NCBI GenBank assembly: GCA_011109175.1
Contig: RDEW01000010.1
Coordinates: forward strand, 665,837-729,836
DNA from: Dicyema japonicum
Taxonomy: Eukaryota; Animalia; Dicyemida
Direction: 5' to 3'
Length of the DNA stretch: 64,000 nucleotides
The position numbers were made by a program, and so were the translations under genes. Below, one piece after another: positions 38,600 to 51,565 of this stretch. Below the pieces are notes generated by a model that saw nothing but the letters and a program-made list of their open reading frames with translations, searched no databases and was not told the DNA's origin. The first letter of the stretch is position 1. Every line of letters starts with the position of its first letter.

Positions 38600-39650
38600 T
38601 ATTATTTGCCATAAACTCCCTGTTGCTCCCCATCTCCACATCAGATTCAGTCTAAATATCTCCGTCAGAGTCAAGTGGGCTGTCCTCACGGCATGCCAGT
38701 TCCACAAATTGAGAGGTAGCAGAAGCGTACAATTCATCGTATACCTTTCATCTTATGCTTATGTTCAATGAGCATACTTTTGAGCGTTCTATTCAGCACA
38801 ACCGATTGGATGTAAGTCCTCGTTGATTCTTCAATAGATAATTTATTCATATGATTCTTAAAGCATCTTGAGACAACTCCATCCATGTCAAAACCACTAA
38901 AATAATCTTCATTTGAAAAACACTAAACTTTTTGTTACACATACAAATTACATAATTTTCTAAATTTCCTGTAGAAAATGTCTGCTGATCTAAGAAAATT
39001 CTTTATCTCAGAGAAACATTGTTCAACCAAGCACTAAGTTGGCTAACAATTCAGGAGTAAGAATAATCGGCAGGAGATATGTGTGAATTAGTCATTTTAA
39101 TTATGTTTGAAATATCATTTTTTTGAAGCCTTTTATTTATGTATTCTTTAATAAATTTGTTGTCATTTCCAAATTCCAACGATTCTAAACCATCACATGC
39201 TTGTTCAATTCTGAAGCGTGTACTTTGATAATATCTGCAATAGCGACATTATTCGGAAACCTGGAATGTTCGAATAGCTTCAGATAAGGTCACATAGACT
39301 GCTAACTAACGGTAGAGGGAACTCGTACAGAGCCTCCGTAAAACAATTCTCTAAGCCACGGCATAGATAGTTTGTTTAGTGGAATATCAGACTTTATAAA
39401 TGCTCTGGCGTTACTTGTAGAGTCCAATCATCATTTTTGGAAATATTGGTCAATGTGTGTTTTGTGCGATTCGGTCAGATTATCTAGAAAAAATAATTGT
39501 TGTATCGCAAAACTCAATGAATTTTCATCAAAATAAATTTTGATGGGAATTACAAAATGCCTTTTTTTCCTTTTCTCGCATTTTATATTACACAACAGAG
39601 TCGACAATATAGCGCACCATCCTCAAGAATCATAAATTCTTTAGGATAAT
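38600..39650 (-). mobile_element. Highly decayed hAT (CGGBP1-like) transposase remnant
   Basis: RAFIKSDIPLNKLSMPWLRELF near 39340-39410 resembles the ANIPL.KL..P motif; boundaries uncertain. Confidence 0.4.
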
Positions 39651-39729
39651 CTTTACAATGGCCTTAGCTTTAATTTGGTACTATTTTGCTATCTTAGGTG
39701 TGTCAAGCAAAAATTTTAATGGGAAAATA

Positions 39730-40100
39730 TATTATTAATATTATATAAGCACTTATCGCTATGTCATAGGACTTGACAAAGCATGCTGCAAACACGAGTT
39801 AGCAAATCAACTGGTTAGTTTCATCCACTTCCTCCTATTCAAAGCCGCAGTGCGCAACCAGTCAAGATCCTCTCCACTTCCAAGATGCCGTCCCATTTCT
39901 TGAGGTCCTCGTCGAGAACGACTGCCAGTGTCGTCCTTGGGCGACCACGGGAAACGGGGGGCCTCCAACATTAAGTAATCCCTCCATGGCTACGTTCGCG
40001 GGGGCATCTAGGTCCAGTCGCAGAATATGGCCGAAAGCCTCCATCGTGTATCCAGAATCTCATTAGAAATTTCTGAGGTCTTCGTCCTCTTATAAAGAAG
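39730..40100 (-). mobile_element. RTE 3' fragment
   Basis: FGHILRLDLDAPANVAME, RPRTTLAVVLDEDL; AAT-rich tail. Confidence 0.8.
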
Positions 40101-40259
40101 ACAAAACATCTTTTGAAAATCTTTTAAAACATGCCATTTTCGGAAGATTTTAACTTTATAATTTGAAATTTTAACTTTTTAACCTAATAATTTTGTTGAT
40201 ATACATTTATTTATAATAAAATAAAGTTAAAAATCATTTTAATGATTATTTATTAACTA

Positions 40260-43200
40260 TTATTTAAATTTTACTTTTTTTAACTTAATTCGCCTAGTCA
40301 TAATCGAAGTGTTAACTCTAATTTCGACATTTTGATTCGTCAATATTGACTGAACCGAATGTCCTTCTAATTTCCTGCTTCTTTTGATTCTATAAATTCG
40401 ACAAAAATGAAGAGGGATGCACTTTACCACTTCATTATGTCTTCGAAGATAATCACTATTTAGCATTTTACCACACTGACTGGCCAAATGATCAACAGTT
40501 TTCTTGCTTTTTTTACAATGGTTGCATAATGACCCCGTGTGTGCAAAAAACAAATTCATATTTTGCAAAAAACAGTACAATACTTCGCTCCGTGGGCCGT
40601 TATTTTCTCCTGATAACCATTCCGAGGAAGAAGATATGTCGACATTTGGTTCATCCATACATTTTAACATTATAAAGTGTAGTGTTCTGCAATTAATTTT
40701 ATTTAACAAATATTTCTTCTGAATGTCCTTGTGGGACATAATATACATGCTTTCCATGTCGGCAATATTTAGAGGCAAAAATCCTGCGATTGAAGCCAAG
40801 TGTTATTTTTTGTTTTTATTTCTCACAGAATCTCCGACCTTCGCAAACACACAGTCGACTGATTTTCCAAACTTTTAAAGAACTGGAATAGTATTACTTC
40901 GCTCTTAAACAAAATCGAGGTAAGTCGATTTCCAAAAGTTTTCCTGTCCAAATACAGCCTCTCTTTATTTGCAGGTTTGAGGTGCAACTTGAGTGACGCA
41001 AGCAGTTGTCGTATTTGTTGGTCAATATCATCAAATTCATAAGGTTCAATATTAATTAATCATAATAGGGGAATTGCGTATTCATTTATTGCACGAAATA
41101 AGTTCACAGAATTTAACTTTGTTTTTTAAAGCATGGTTATTCTCTTTTAACATTTTCAAGTAAGGACTCCATAACTTTGTTTTTAAGAACATTACTTCCC
41201 TCATCTTCAAAAACACCCAAATATCGATATCCACTGACTCCTTCCAGAATCTCACAACATAATAAAGATTTAACATTAGAAAGTGACTTTTCCGAATTCA
41301 TCTCCAAGCCGGCAACATGAAAGAAATCGCGAACAACTTTCATCATTTTAATAACAGTATCTTCTTTTAGCCCAAATATCTTTAGGTCATCAATGAATAA
41401 CAAATGATTTGTAGAATAAGTCAGTGTATTAGGATCCTCCTGATTAATTTGGAGTCTTGGGAACATAGAGTTAAGGGTCCTGCTCAAGGGTTCCATTACC
41501 ATAACAAATAGTTGAGGGGATAATGAATCTCCTTGCAAAATTCCACGTCCCAGTTTTACAGAACCAATTCTTCTTCCATCGAAGTGGAGATTTACAGTCC
41601 ACTTCTTGACTATGTTCTTTACAAAGTTTACAATCCAACGGGGTATTCCTGAGCAGTCCAATACATGAAATAAAAATTCATGGTCAACAGAATCAAAGGC
41701 CTTCTTCACATCCACCCAAGCAGAATAAAGGGCGTTTCCATACTCCTTATTTAAGCATTGATTAATAAGGGCCTGTTCCTTAGCGCCCTGACAATGTTTC
41801 CTCGTTCCCAGCTGATTGTCAGATAATAGCCCAAACGAATCCACAAAATCTGAGAGTTTGGAATTAACACATTTGGTAATAAGTTTATATAAAGTTGGCA
41901 TACACGTGATAGGACGTAAGTCATTAGGAGTCTCACAATCATCCTTTTTAGGAATTAAATAGGTTATTCCAGTATAAAACCAACTTTCAGGCATATATTC
42001 CCCATTAATAATTCGGTTAATCTCAGTACATAAAAAGCCATGTAAAGATTCCATTTTCTTAATAAAGAAGTTATATGAGCCATCGCATCCACACGCCTTC
42101 CAATCAGGGAGCCATTTAATAACATCCAGGATAAACTCATTTGTGAACTCTGGCAACATGCCTTCAATACCAGTATTTACTTTACCCACACTGTCATATG
42201 GCACGTTCATCTCTTTTCTTTTAGACCACACTTTTTCCCAAAACGACATACAATCCTCATCATCGAAACCATATAACGTTACTTCATTGCTTGCTGATAG
42301 GTTCCGATAAAATCTTCTTCGATTTAATTCAAAACAACAGTTGTCCTTGCGAAAGTTCTTCCTCGAATAATGTGCAGCTATTTGCTTCTTCTTGATTCTG
42401 ACAAGGTCACATGGTAGAGCCTCAATCCTGACAACCTCCCCTTTTTGGCCCTTTTGTATCCATAGGCACAAAGAACATCCATAACCTTTTGTTTTTCATA
42501 CAAAGGGAGAACCTGTCTGGAAAAGCGATTGACAAGTTCTAGTTCTGCCATCAGCTTTGAAATTTTTTTCTCAGTGTTTTCCAACCAGGTACTCTGCGGT
42601 TTAACCTTCGTAGTTAAAGCCATATAAGCACACTGTGCAGCATATAGAAAATCAGTAATTTGATTGATATTTTGAGGCGGATTATCTTTCGTAATATAAT
42701 ATATTGCAGAATTTAGTCCCGACAAAACATTAACTCTGACATACTTTCTCTGAATTTTGGGTGTTGGTTTTCGAGTATCCCTCAAAATTGACTTAATTTT
42801 CTCAATTTGTACTTTTAGTTCCTCAAGGCAATTTCTGAAGGTGGAAATTTCATTTATTGCACGAATAAAGGAAACTATATCCCTGATAGACACTAATTCC
42901 CGAATATTTTTTTGAATTTTTTTCTAAGCCCATAAGTGTAACCACCTAGGCTCGGGCAACACCCTAGGCTCGTGACATATTATTTCGCACTTTGAAACAT
43001 TCGCCTCCTTTTACATTGTTATTCCGATTTCAGGTTTCAGCATCTTTTTTAGCTGACATAGGCTGGAACTCTTGGAGTACTTTCATTGAACTTTTTAAGT
43101 ACAAGGTTCCAGCCACCTCTAGGTATCCTTCCGAATCTTTGCTTCGTGGCAAGAAAAATCAGAGATACCACTCTGTTTCAGAGAACACAGTGGACCTCTT

Positions 43201-43400
43201 TAATAATGGCAGATAGTGAATGCAAGTTGGTTTTGGCAACAATATTCCCAACGATGTTGATATTAGTTCTTGTGACATTTTCCAGCCCCACAGACGACGG
43301 TCCTGCTTCTACTATCTTCTTTATTTGATTTTGCAGGAAGGCCCATAGGATTGGATTTCTCGGTATGATTAGAAACGGACATGTACAAGACCACAACAAC
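40260..43400 (-). mobile_element. R4/Dong-like RLE non-LTR retrotransposon, frameshifted and 3'-truncated
   Basis: 444-aa RT ORF (LPDWKACGCDG, LRPITCMPTLYK, DVKKAFDSV, GILQGDSLSP, LFIDDLK, YRYLG); CCHC CNHC..DHLASQC and YLRRHNEV. Confidence 0.9.
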
Positions 43401-43920
43401 AAAAATATTAGTTAAAGTTATAATTACAATTATAATTAAAGTCGATTATTCTAATTTGGAGTAAGTTTTTCGATATCTAATTTAATTCAAAGTTTCTCTA
43501 GGCTCTTATCAACATTGATCATTTTGTGGAGTCTATAGGTTTTAAATAATATTCTATTTTCCACAAAAGTTAGTTAGTTTAGGAAAGAACATTTAGTAAG
43601 TTTAGGAAAGAATCTATTGATTTTAACCGACAAAATTGATTCAAGATAGCGATAGGGATCAACTAGAGGAATTAGTAGATTTCAGGGACGTCCTAGCTTC
43701 TGAGTCTAGCCAGACGTCTCAGGCTCTTTAGGCAAGATAAAGACTTCCCGCTTATCCATCCTGTTGTCACGACAGCAACTGCATAGAACGCGAACAGGTC
43801 AAAGACTATTCTTAACTTGCGAATTTAACAACTCAAACAAATTATTTTGAAAGTTATATTTATCTCATACAAATTATTAAACATAGTTAAATGACAGTAT
43901 AATAATCTCACATTATTGTT

Positions 43921-44245
43921 TCCTTGGTGCAGTGTAACGAGTGTCGGGCAAAAAGGACTGATGACCCTTAGTTTAATTATCACTCCTGTACATTTCGGCT
44001 AAAGGTTCCACGCATCTACGATGCTTTGGCTTGACGAGTGACGCTGTCATCAGTGAACATCTCACTGCGGAACAAAATTGTCTTCAAAAGGACTCACTCA
44101 ACAAAAAGAAAAAAAGAAGTAAAGAGTATTCCTTTGTTTTCCCTCGTCGATTAGTTATGATAACAGTTCTTTACTTAAAATAAAGCTGTGTCCTGTTGGG
44201 TGAAGCTATAGCTAATATGACTTCCGATGTGTGTAGTATTATTGT
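43921..44245 (+). mobile_element. tRNA-derived SINE copy 3
   Basis: A-box-like TGGTGCAGTG; core AAGGTTCCACGCATCTACGATGC..TTGACGAGTGACG shared with the other two copies. Confidence 0.75.
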
Positions 44246-44329
44246 TTTTTCCAAAAATGGCATGTTTTAACAGATTTTCGAAAAGATGTTTTTTCTCACG
44301 AATTCAGTATGTTTCCAATAATGGATTTA

Positions 44330-44720
44330 AACCTCAGAGGTAGTTACAAGAGGCTGGATAGCGCAACAACCATGCCATGGAGCCAAAGGAGGTATCTTGC
44401 TTTGGATTCTACGTGCACGGACAATTTCTTTAATGCGAATCTCTCAAGTCATTTTTACGCGCCGGTTCCGCAACAAACACTCTTGAAGATTCGAAAAGGA
44501 GGAAGTACCCCGGCATTGGGGACTAGTTCCCCTTTCCAGCCGATTTCCGTTGAAACGACTGGTATTATTAACCAGAGCAGGTCTGAGTTTATCATGTTAA
44601 TGGAAGGGTGATCCTAGAATGACACAATGACTCTTCCAGAACATTGGGCTTGGGATCATGAGGAGTAGCTCCCATTGCGTTCTCAATGCTCGCCGGCCAT
44701 AATGGAGACCTTGTAATAAC
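44330..44720 (+). mobile_element. CRE-like 3' remnant
   Basis: KRLDSATTMPWSQRRYLALDSTCTD (PD..D-type RLE), FQPISVETTG. Confidence 0.8.
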
Positions 44721-44889
44721 AGCTAACTTTATTATTATTTTACATTAAGCTTAATATAGATCAAAATACAGTAAAGTCTTTCAGATCAGCCCCTCGATAC
44801 AAAAAATATCGATTTTTAATCCGGTATGGAATTTTGTCTAATTTTACTTTTTAGAATGGTTTGTAAAATTTTTAAATAAATTTTACAAA

Positions 44890-45281
44890 TAATTATTCGA
44901 CTGATTTAACAAAAAGTATTTAAAACAGCTAGACCGCCTAAGCAGATGGCTAATTTAAACAGATTCTCGTACGCGTGTGCTTCGTGGGGACCTTCATTAT
45001 CATGGACGAATACTAAGAAAATCGAGGACGTACAAAAGAAAGCTTTCAGAGTCACGGAGCGGTGGACTTGTGGGAGACACAGAACCGGACCGACTACTCT
45101 AGAGGCCCTCATAAAACTAAACTCTGGCATGCGGGAAGGTGGCCCTGCAAATACAGTCAGCCGCCCAGTACTAGCTTGTGTGGGCACGAGGGAGGAGCAC
45201 CGGGAAATTATGAGGATTTTGGTGGAACGCATCGGGATCACGTGATAGTTAGTTTGGTTTTACCGTGGTCTTGGATGTTAA
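44890..45281 (+). mobile_element. Family B LINE 3' fragment (RT thumb plus short C-terminus)
   Basis: YACASWGP..KKIEDVQKKAFRVT..ERIGIT*; stem 45233-45273. Confidence 0.85.
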
Positions 45282-48200
45282 TTATTATTATTAAGGCAAT
45301 TTACGAAAGCCATAATGATTATAGCCCCGCATGTGCAACACTCAAAGAAACAATATTTATAGTTTGTCTTTTCCATCTTCCTCTGTAGAATGCGAGTGAT
45401 CTCAATTCGTCAAGGTCGTCCCTCGTCTTTAGATTTTTTCTCACACGATTTAAGTCTTTGTTTAAGGCAGTCGGAAGTGTCGATCTAGGCCGTCCGCGGA
45501 AAGGTTTTTCGCAACTGTCAAAGTAATCTTCCATTGCTTTGTTAGCGGGTGCGTCCGGGTTCATTTTTAGTACATGCCCAAATAGCCTCCACCGGGCATC
45601 TATCACATCCTTGCTGATGTAAGAACACATACACTTGTTGTAGATACCAGTGGTTGATATTCTACGTGGCCACTCCATTCCGAGTAAGCTTCTTAGTTGC
45701 CTTCTATGGAACGAATCCAGTTTCAATAGTTCGTTGAAGGAACTTCCCCATGTCCCAGCGTTATACAGTAGGATCGGTTTCACAAACGCGTTGTAAAGCC
45801 TGCATCTGATGTCAATTCCAAGTCCTTTGGCCCTTAGCCATCCTTTCTTCAGTTTAGCCATTGCCGCATTTGCCAGTGTTTTCCTCCTTAGTACATCTTC
45901 AGCGTCTCCTAGTAGAGAGCCGAGCTTATTAGTACGTCTCCATCTTTCATGAGTAATATCGTCTTCTCTTTTGATTTCCGTAATTTCAGTTTTGTTAACA
46001 TTTACGCTGAGAAACCATTTCTCAAGCTCCGCAGGTGCATTTTCTAGCAGGTGTTGGAGTGCGGTCACATCCCGTGATACAAAATCCACATCATCCGCAT
46101 AAGATGTCTCTTCTATGTCTCCTATATAGCATTTACGGAGGTCGCGGAGTGCAGATTCAAGGTATATGGTGAATAGTAAAGGGGAGAGGGAATCACCCTG
46201 GGGTGTCCCAATCGTTGTTTTGAAACTGCGGGAAGTTGCTCCTTCTGTCCTCACAGATAGTCTTGTGTTCGCAAGTAGTAGTCTGATTATCCTAACCGAC
46301 GATTCATCCAATATTTGCTCAAGCACATTCATCAGTTTCTGTCTGTTTATTGAGTCGAAAGCTCTGGAGAGATCTATTCCCAACACGGTTGTTGCGCTCT
46401 TGAATCTTTGGTGCGTTGCGCAGCGCCATCTGTGGCTCCATACAATGTCTGCCGTAGACCTCCCTTCTCGGAACCCACTTTGACTTGCTGGTAGGTATAG
46501 ATCCGCCACACCCTTTATCCGGCTTAGTGCAATGTTTGCCAGCACCTTGCGTATCGAATTCAGAAGTATTATCGGGCGGAGATTTTCTACTGGTCCTTTT
46601 GATTTGTTCGGTTTTTGTATGGGTATTAATAATCCATTTCCAAGTCCTAGATCGGTATTAGTTTCAAAGACGTCATTTAGGGTTTTTGCAATTGTGTCGC
46701 TAAGTTTTTTTGGCCCATATTTTAGGAGCTCAGGGCTTATGTTGTCCGGCCCAGCACTCTTGTTGTTCTTCAGTTTATTTATCGCTAATTCCACCTCTTC
46801 CACTGTGATTGGGATTTTTAGCGCCTTTGCTTCTCCTTGGAAAGGGGGAAAGTCATTATTTTCTTTATTCAACAGTGTTTCGAAGTGTCGTGCAATCAAT
46901 TCTGCTTTTTCTTTCGGGTTACCCACGAATTTTCCATCTTTGTCTTTGATGTGAAGGATGTTTTGTCCTTTCTTTGTCCGCAGCAGCCGCAAAGCCGCAT
47001 ACATCCTTGAATTGTCTTTTAGGCATTCCACATCTTTTAATAGGGATGTAATAATTTCCCGTGAGTGTTTTCTGTTCATCTTTTTGATTTTCCACTTTAG
47101 TTCCCTTTGTTGGATATTAAGCTCTTTTTTTTACTCTCGTCTGACGTGTTTGCCGCTTTTAGTCGTAGCTCTCTGCAATGCTTTGCCATATTTGGCACGT
47201 TCGGGTGGTGATCCAATTTTAGGGCGTGATGATTTCGGACTCCAAGGCATATTTTGGCCGACTTGGAGATTGCCTGTTTTGTTTGATCCCACAGAGTTCG
47301 TACTGATGATTCCGGTGCGGTTTTCACCATAAGAGTCTCGATTTGTTCGTGATATTTAGCTCTACAAGTTGGCTCTAACCACAATTTTTCTGTCTGAAAG
47401 TATATATTGGGTCTTTGTCTCGCCTTCTTCGCGTTTTCAATGTATTTTTTCCCAGTCAGGTGCTTTTTTACACAAAGTTTTGCAATGACGATCCTGTGGT
47501 CGCTGTCGGTTGTTGTTCCCTGGTAGGAACGTGCATCATTTATCAGGTGTTTATCAGACTTTCGGCAGATAATGTAGTCGATTTGATTATATATATTCAC
47601 GGTCTCTCCGACAGAGTTTTTTCTTTGTCCGTGCCACGTCGTCTTGTGGCAAGCTGAGTGCGTAAAGGCCGTGTTGCACAGGAAAAGGCTATTTGCCTCG
47701 CAGAAGTTTACCAGAGAGGCTCCAGATGCATTTCTCCTTCCGCGCCCGTGTCTTCCAATAGAGGATTCTTCGGGCCCCATTCGCATTCCGGCCTTTGCAT
47801 TCATATCTCCCGCAACAAAGACAAGAGACGAGGAAGCATTGTTAGAGTATGTGCTTGATAGTTCTGAGTAGAATTCCTCGAGTTCACGGGGTTCTTGATT
47901 ATTCGTTCACAGTGTGGTGCATAGACATTTATGACAGTTAATAGACTCTTGGACGGGCATAGTTCATTTAGTTTGACTTGTAGGACACATATTCGGTCGT
48001 TGACTCTCCAATAGCGATGTAATTTTTTGAGGTAATCCACGTTTAGGGCAAATCCCATGCCATAGTGCTTGCATTCAGTTGAGAAGAAAATCAGTAGGTA
48101 GTTGTTCCATGTCTCATCGCGTCCATTTTCGATTTTCGTCTCATAGATATTTTGTATTTCTTGAGATCGTCACAAAGTACTTTCCTTGTCCAATCTTTCG

Positions 48201-48321
48201 ATATTCCCGTACGTTGAACGTCATTAGTCTGACTTCTCGATTGTATAATGAGTGTTTTTCAGATATTTTTCTTAACCGTTGTACAGAGAAGAAACGAGGC
48301 ACGTCACCACCTTACCAAAAA
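45282..48321 (-). mobile_element. Near-intact RTE-clade retrotransposon (APE + 586-aa RT ORF)
   Basis: MTFNVR, NVYAPH, AGDMNAK, NQIDYI, DSDHR; LRPIILL, QSGFR, DLSRAFDS, GTPQGDSLSP, YADD; TSD tgg(a/g)tgttaa. Confidence 0.96.
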
Positions 48322-48559
48322 TGGGTGTTAAATAAATAATAAATAAAGAACAAACTCATTGTCCGCGGGGGAATAAATGACAAGCGCAACAATATGCACC
48401 TCAATACAAAGATGAGCAACTCTGCATCATCTCTGATTTTAAAGAAAACAAATACCATTTACAAACATTAAGAAAATATTCGACGGTGGAAACGTGATGC
48501 ATAAATTAGACGTTAATTAACTTACTCTATTGATATATCCGGTGGTTTTTTGAGATGAA

Positions 48560-49040
48560 TATTTTCGTAAAACATAAAATTATAAAATTTATTTGACAAA
48601 ATGATAAAATCTCGCCTTTTCAATGTACGACAAAAGGCATGATAGTGTAACGACCATGTCATTAAGCTGAGGGAGGTGTCTTCCTTGGAACTCAGCGTGC
48701 ACGGATACTTTCTCAAACACAAATTCGCAAGTCATCTCCATGAATAGTTCCGCAGCAAGTAAAGGGAGAATACACATATATAGAATCAAATTAACCATCA
48801 TCCTATATGTGGAGTTTCTAACAGATGATCCTCCTAGCTTTTTTCCATTTTGAGTTTAATACGAATCAAATTCAGATCCTAAGAGCATCCGACACTATCT
48901 TTGTTCATAACTTCGGGTTTCTGATGTCTCTAAAAAGTCATCTTGTCTATGATCATGAAAAGAAAGAAGACAAGACTTTTCATTCATCATGAAGCTAAGT
49001 AGATATTCTGTGAAATAGAAATACGTCACCAATCCAACCT
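48560..49040 (-). repeat. Short element with GTGACGT 5' box, related to 28095-28280
   Basis: Shared TTTGTTCA.AAC, GAAGACAAG and CTAAGTAGA.ATTC blocks; 3' boundary uncertain. Confidence 0.5.
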
Positions 49041-49169
49041 TCAAATTAACCCCTTTTCTAACGTGACTCAATAATTTAAAACAAACAAAAGATAACTAGA
49101 GAGTTTTTTTAAAGAAACGGGCATAGAATACACCGAAAAAGAATTTAACAGTAAATAACTAATTAAGTG

Positions 49170-51225
49170 ATTGGTTAGCTTTGAATATCACGTGGCGTGT
49201 TGTTTGCGGTTGTATTTTCTGCTTAATCAGGCTTATTGAAGAATTTTTGCTAGTTTAATAATGTGGTGTGTCTTGTCGAAAGTTTGTTTATTGAAGAAGC
49301 AGGTTTTTGGGCGCCATGCGTTTTTGGATGACTTCATCAGTAAGAAAGATATTCCATGAAACATTTGTTCCCGGGGTGACAAGCGAAAGCTCAGGAGCTG
49401 ATGTTTTGATTGTACCTTGTCCTTCCACGTGGAATGCGTCAGGCTGTAAAGGAAGTCTTTGAAACCTTTATCTTCTTCGATTTCCCTTGACTGTACCCCA
49501 AAAATGTGATTCCCTTACAGGATTTACTAAATCCTTCTATATGTTTGACCTTATTTCTGGATCGTCCATCGATCACGCTACATCTGAAAAAATTCTACTT
49601 CTTGCGTCGAGGTTACGAGTACAGAGGCGTATTCCTTTGAAGATCCTAAGGTCCTTGAGGGGGTGGTGGCTGAGACTCTTATCCGCGTTATTGACAAGGC
49701 TACCTCGTCTTTGGAGACTGGATTGGATTTTATTATTTCTCTTTCCCCTTATTGCAATTGGATCGGACTCTAATCGCCGAGGAGTTTCTACAGCTGCAAT
49801 CTATTCACCCTCTCTCCATTAGATCTGAGAGAACTTTCAATCACATTATATTGGCCCTCCCGATGTTATTCACCGAATCTGATGTAATGGCTGGGATAAA
49901 ATCCTTTTCACCAAGCATCAACAGGGGTTTGGATATTGTAAGCATTGGGCATATCAGAGACCTTTCGTCATTCTTAACTTGAGACCGGGAGCTCACCTTG
50001 TATCATCGTTAACCAAACTCTTAAACCTGTTTGCACCCGGAATATCCTTCCATCGACGGTAACTTTTTTTCTACCTATTGTTTCGCTTCTTGAAGCCTGG
50101 TGGGGGAGTCAGGCCTATTGCCCTTGAGAACTTGCTTCAAAACTTTCGTGCTGGCATGTCATCGATGATCTGTTTAGCGAGCTGAAAGCTTACAATTCGG
50201 AGTGGGCATACGCAGAGGGTGCGAATCAGTTATTCATTATACTCGTTCCTTTGTGAACTATTGTTAAGAGGATAACCCTGGATTATTGTGAAGTTGGACG
50301 TTTCCAACGCCTTAATGTCTTTTATTCCAGATGCTGCTATTACCGACTTGGAACTCTATGATATTTGGCTCACCCATNTATTTCCAGCAGGATTATCCCT
50401 CATATTCTTATAAGCATATTCCTCATTCTGACTATTCTTCCAGAATTTCTGCAAATCAGTTCTGGACGGCAAAATTGCTGATAGGTTGAAGAGTTGGTCG
50501 CTCTTGAAGAAACCCCTTCTTGATACACACAGACTGAGGAACTAGACCAACGTTATGTACAAGAATACTTATTCGACCCTTATGGAAACGGACGAATGCA
50601 CCATAGGGATTGCATTCTGTCAGCCTCGTCCCCCTAACGTGTTCCCATCATCAATTGGTTCCCTTCTAGAACAGAACGCTCTCAAAAACGGGATATCCGT
50701 ATCGGGATCGACCTGTGCCAGCCTTATCTTGTTGTGAACTGAAAGGACTTCACCCACTCTCTTGCCGTCTCAACAGTGGCCGGTTCCCGAGATATGCTGC
50801 CATCAACGGGGTTGTGAATCGCTTTCTCTGGAACCGGTGGAACTGGATCGTGGAGATGGAAAGACCCCGGTCGGGGTAACTGTCTTCCACCTTTCGCTTG
50901 ATTTGGGATAAGGCCTGCACCGACACCTTTTCCCAGTCGAGACTTGCAGGTTCCGCGTTGAAAGCTAAGGAAGCTGCTCGGAATTTCGAAAATTTCAAGA
51001 TAAAAAATACGACAGCCTCTCCGCCAGATTCCATGTAGAGCCCCTTGTCGTCGAGACGAGCGGAGTTTTCGGGCCATATACGGTCTCTTTTTTAAGATCG
51101 CTTGGGTCAATGATATGGAAAGTGAGTAATGAGCGCCTAGAAACCGAGTGGCAGTTCCAAAAGATTTCTCTGGCAGTTGTCAAAGGAAACAGCCATTCAA
51201 TCCTATCAGTTGGATGATTATTTTG
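49170..51225 (+). mobile_element. CRE-like element with decayed PHD finger and internal deletion
   Basis: CFDCTLSFHVEC remnant; KPGGGVRPIAL, VKLDVSNA; RRLDGMTV, FHVEPLVVETSG, FQKISLAVVKGNSHSI. Confidence 0.85.
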
Positions 51226-51239
51226 ATTGTATTGTTACG

Positions 51240-51565
51240 TAATAAACTGTTTTTGTATTAAAAAAATAAGTGTATAAGTTTCCACTGTTACAGAAACATA
51301 GTCTTTCAACGTCACACAAGTCCATGCAGAACCTGCATAAAAGGTAAAAGACTTCTATTCTTTGCAGTTGTGGAAACCCATCAAGTGGAGTGCGGGAGAG
51401 CAAGTGATTTTTTCGTTTCAGCCTGGCACTGAGCGCAACCTGAGACAGATGGATTACATGACGCCACTCTGGTAAGAAGGGGAAGAAAAGGAACAGACAA
51501 AACAAACATAAAACTTCAGCAAATTACCCACGTAGCACCTCATGGCGCAACGAGGTGAAAATCAC
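51240..51565 (-). repeat. Family F copy
   Basis: Colinear with 27745-28040. Confidence 0.8.

Noticed and set aside
46166-47871. Several plus-strand ORFs of 66-140 aa
   Set aside because: Antisense shadows of the RTE coding strand; the same applies to 59064-59423 and 63116-63592.
50378-50378. Single ambiguous base n
   Set aside because: Assembly artefact; only a caution that the nearby internal deletion in the CRE copy may not be real.
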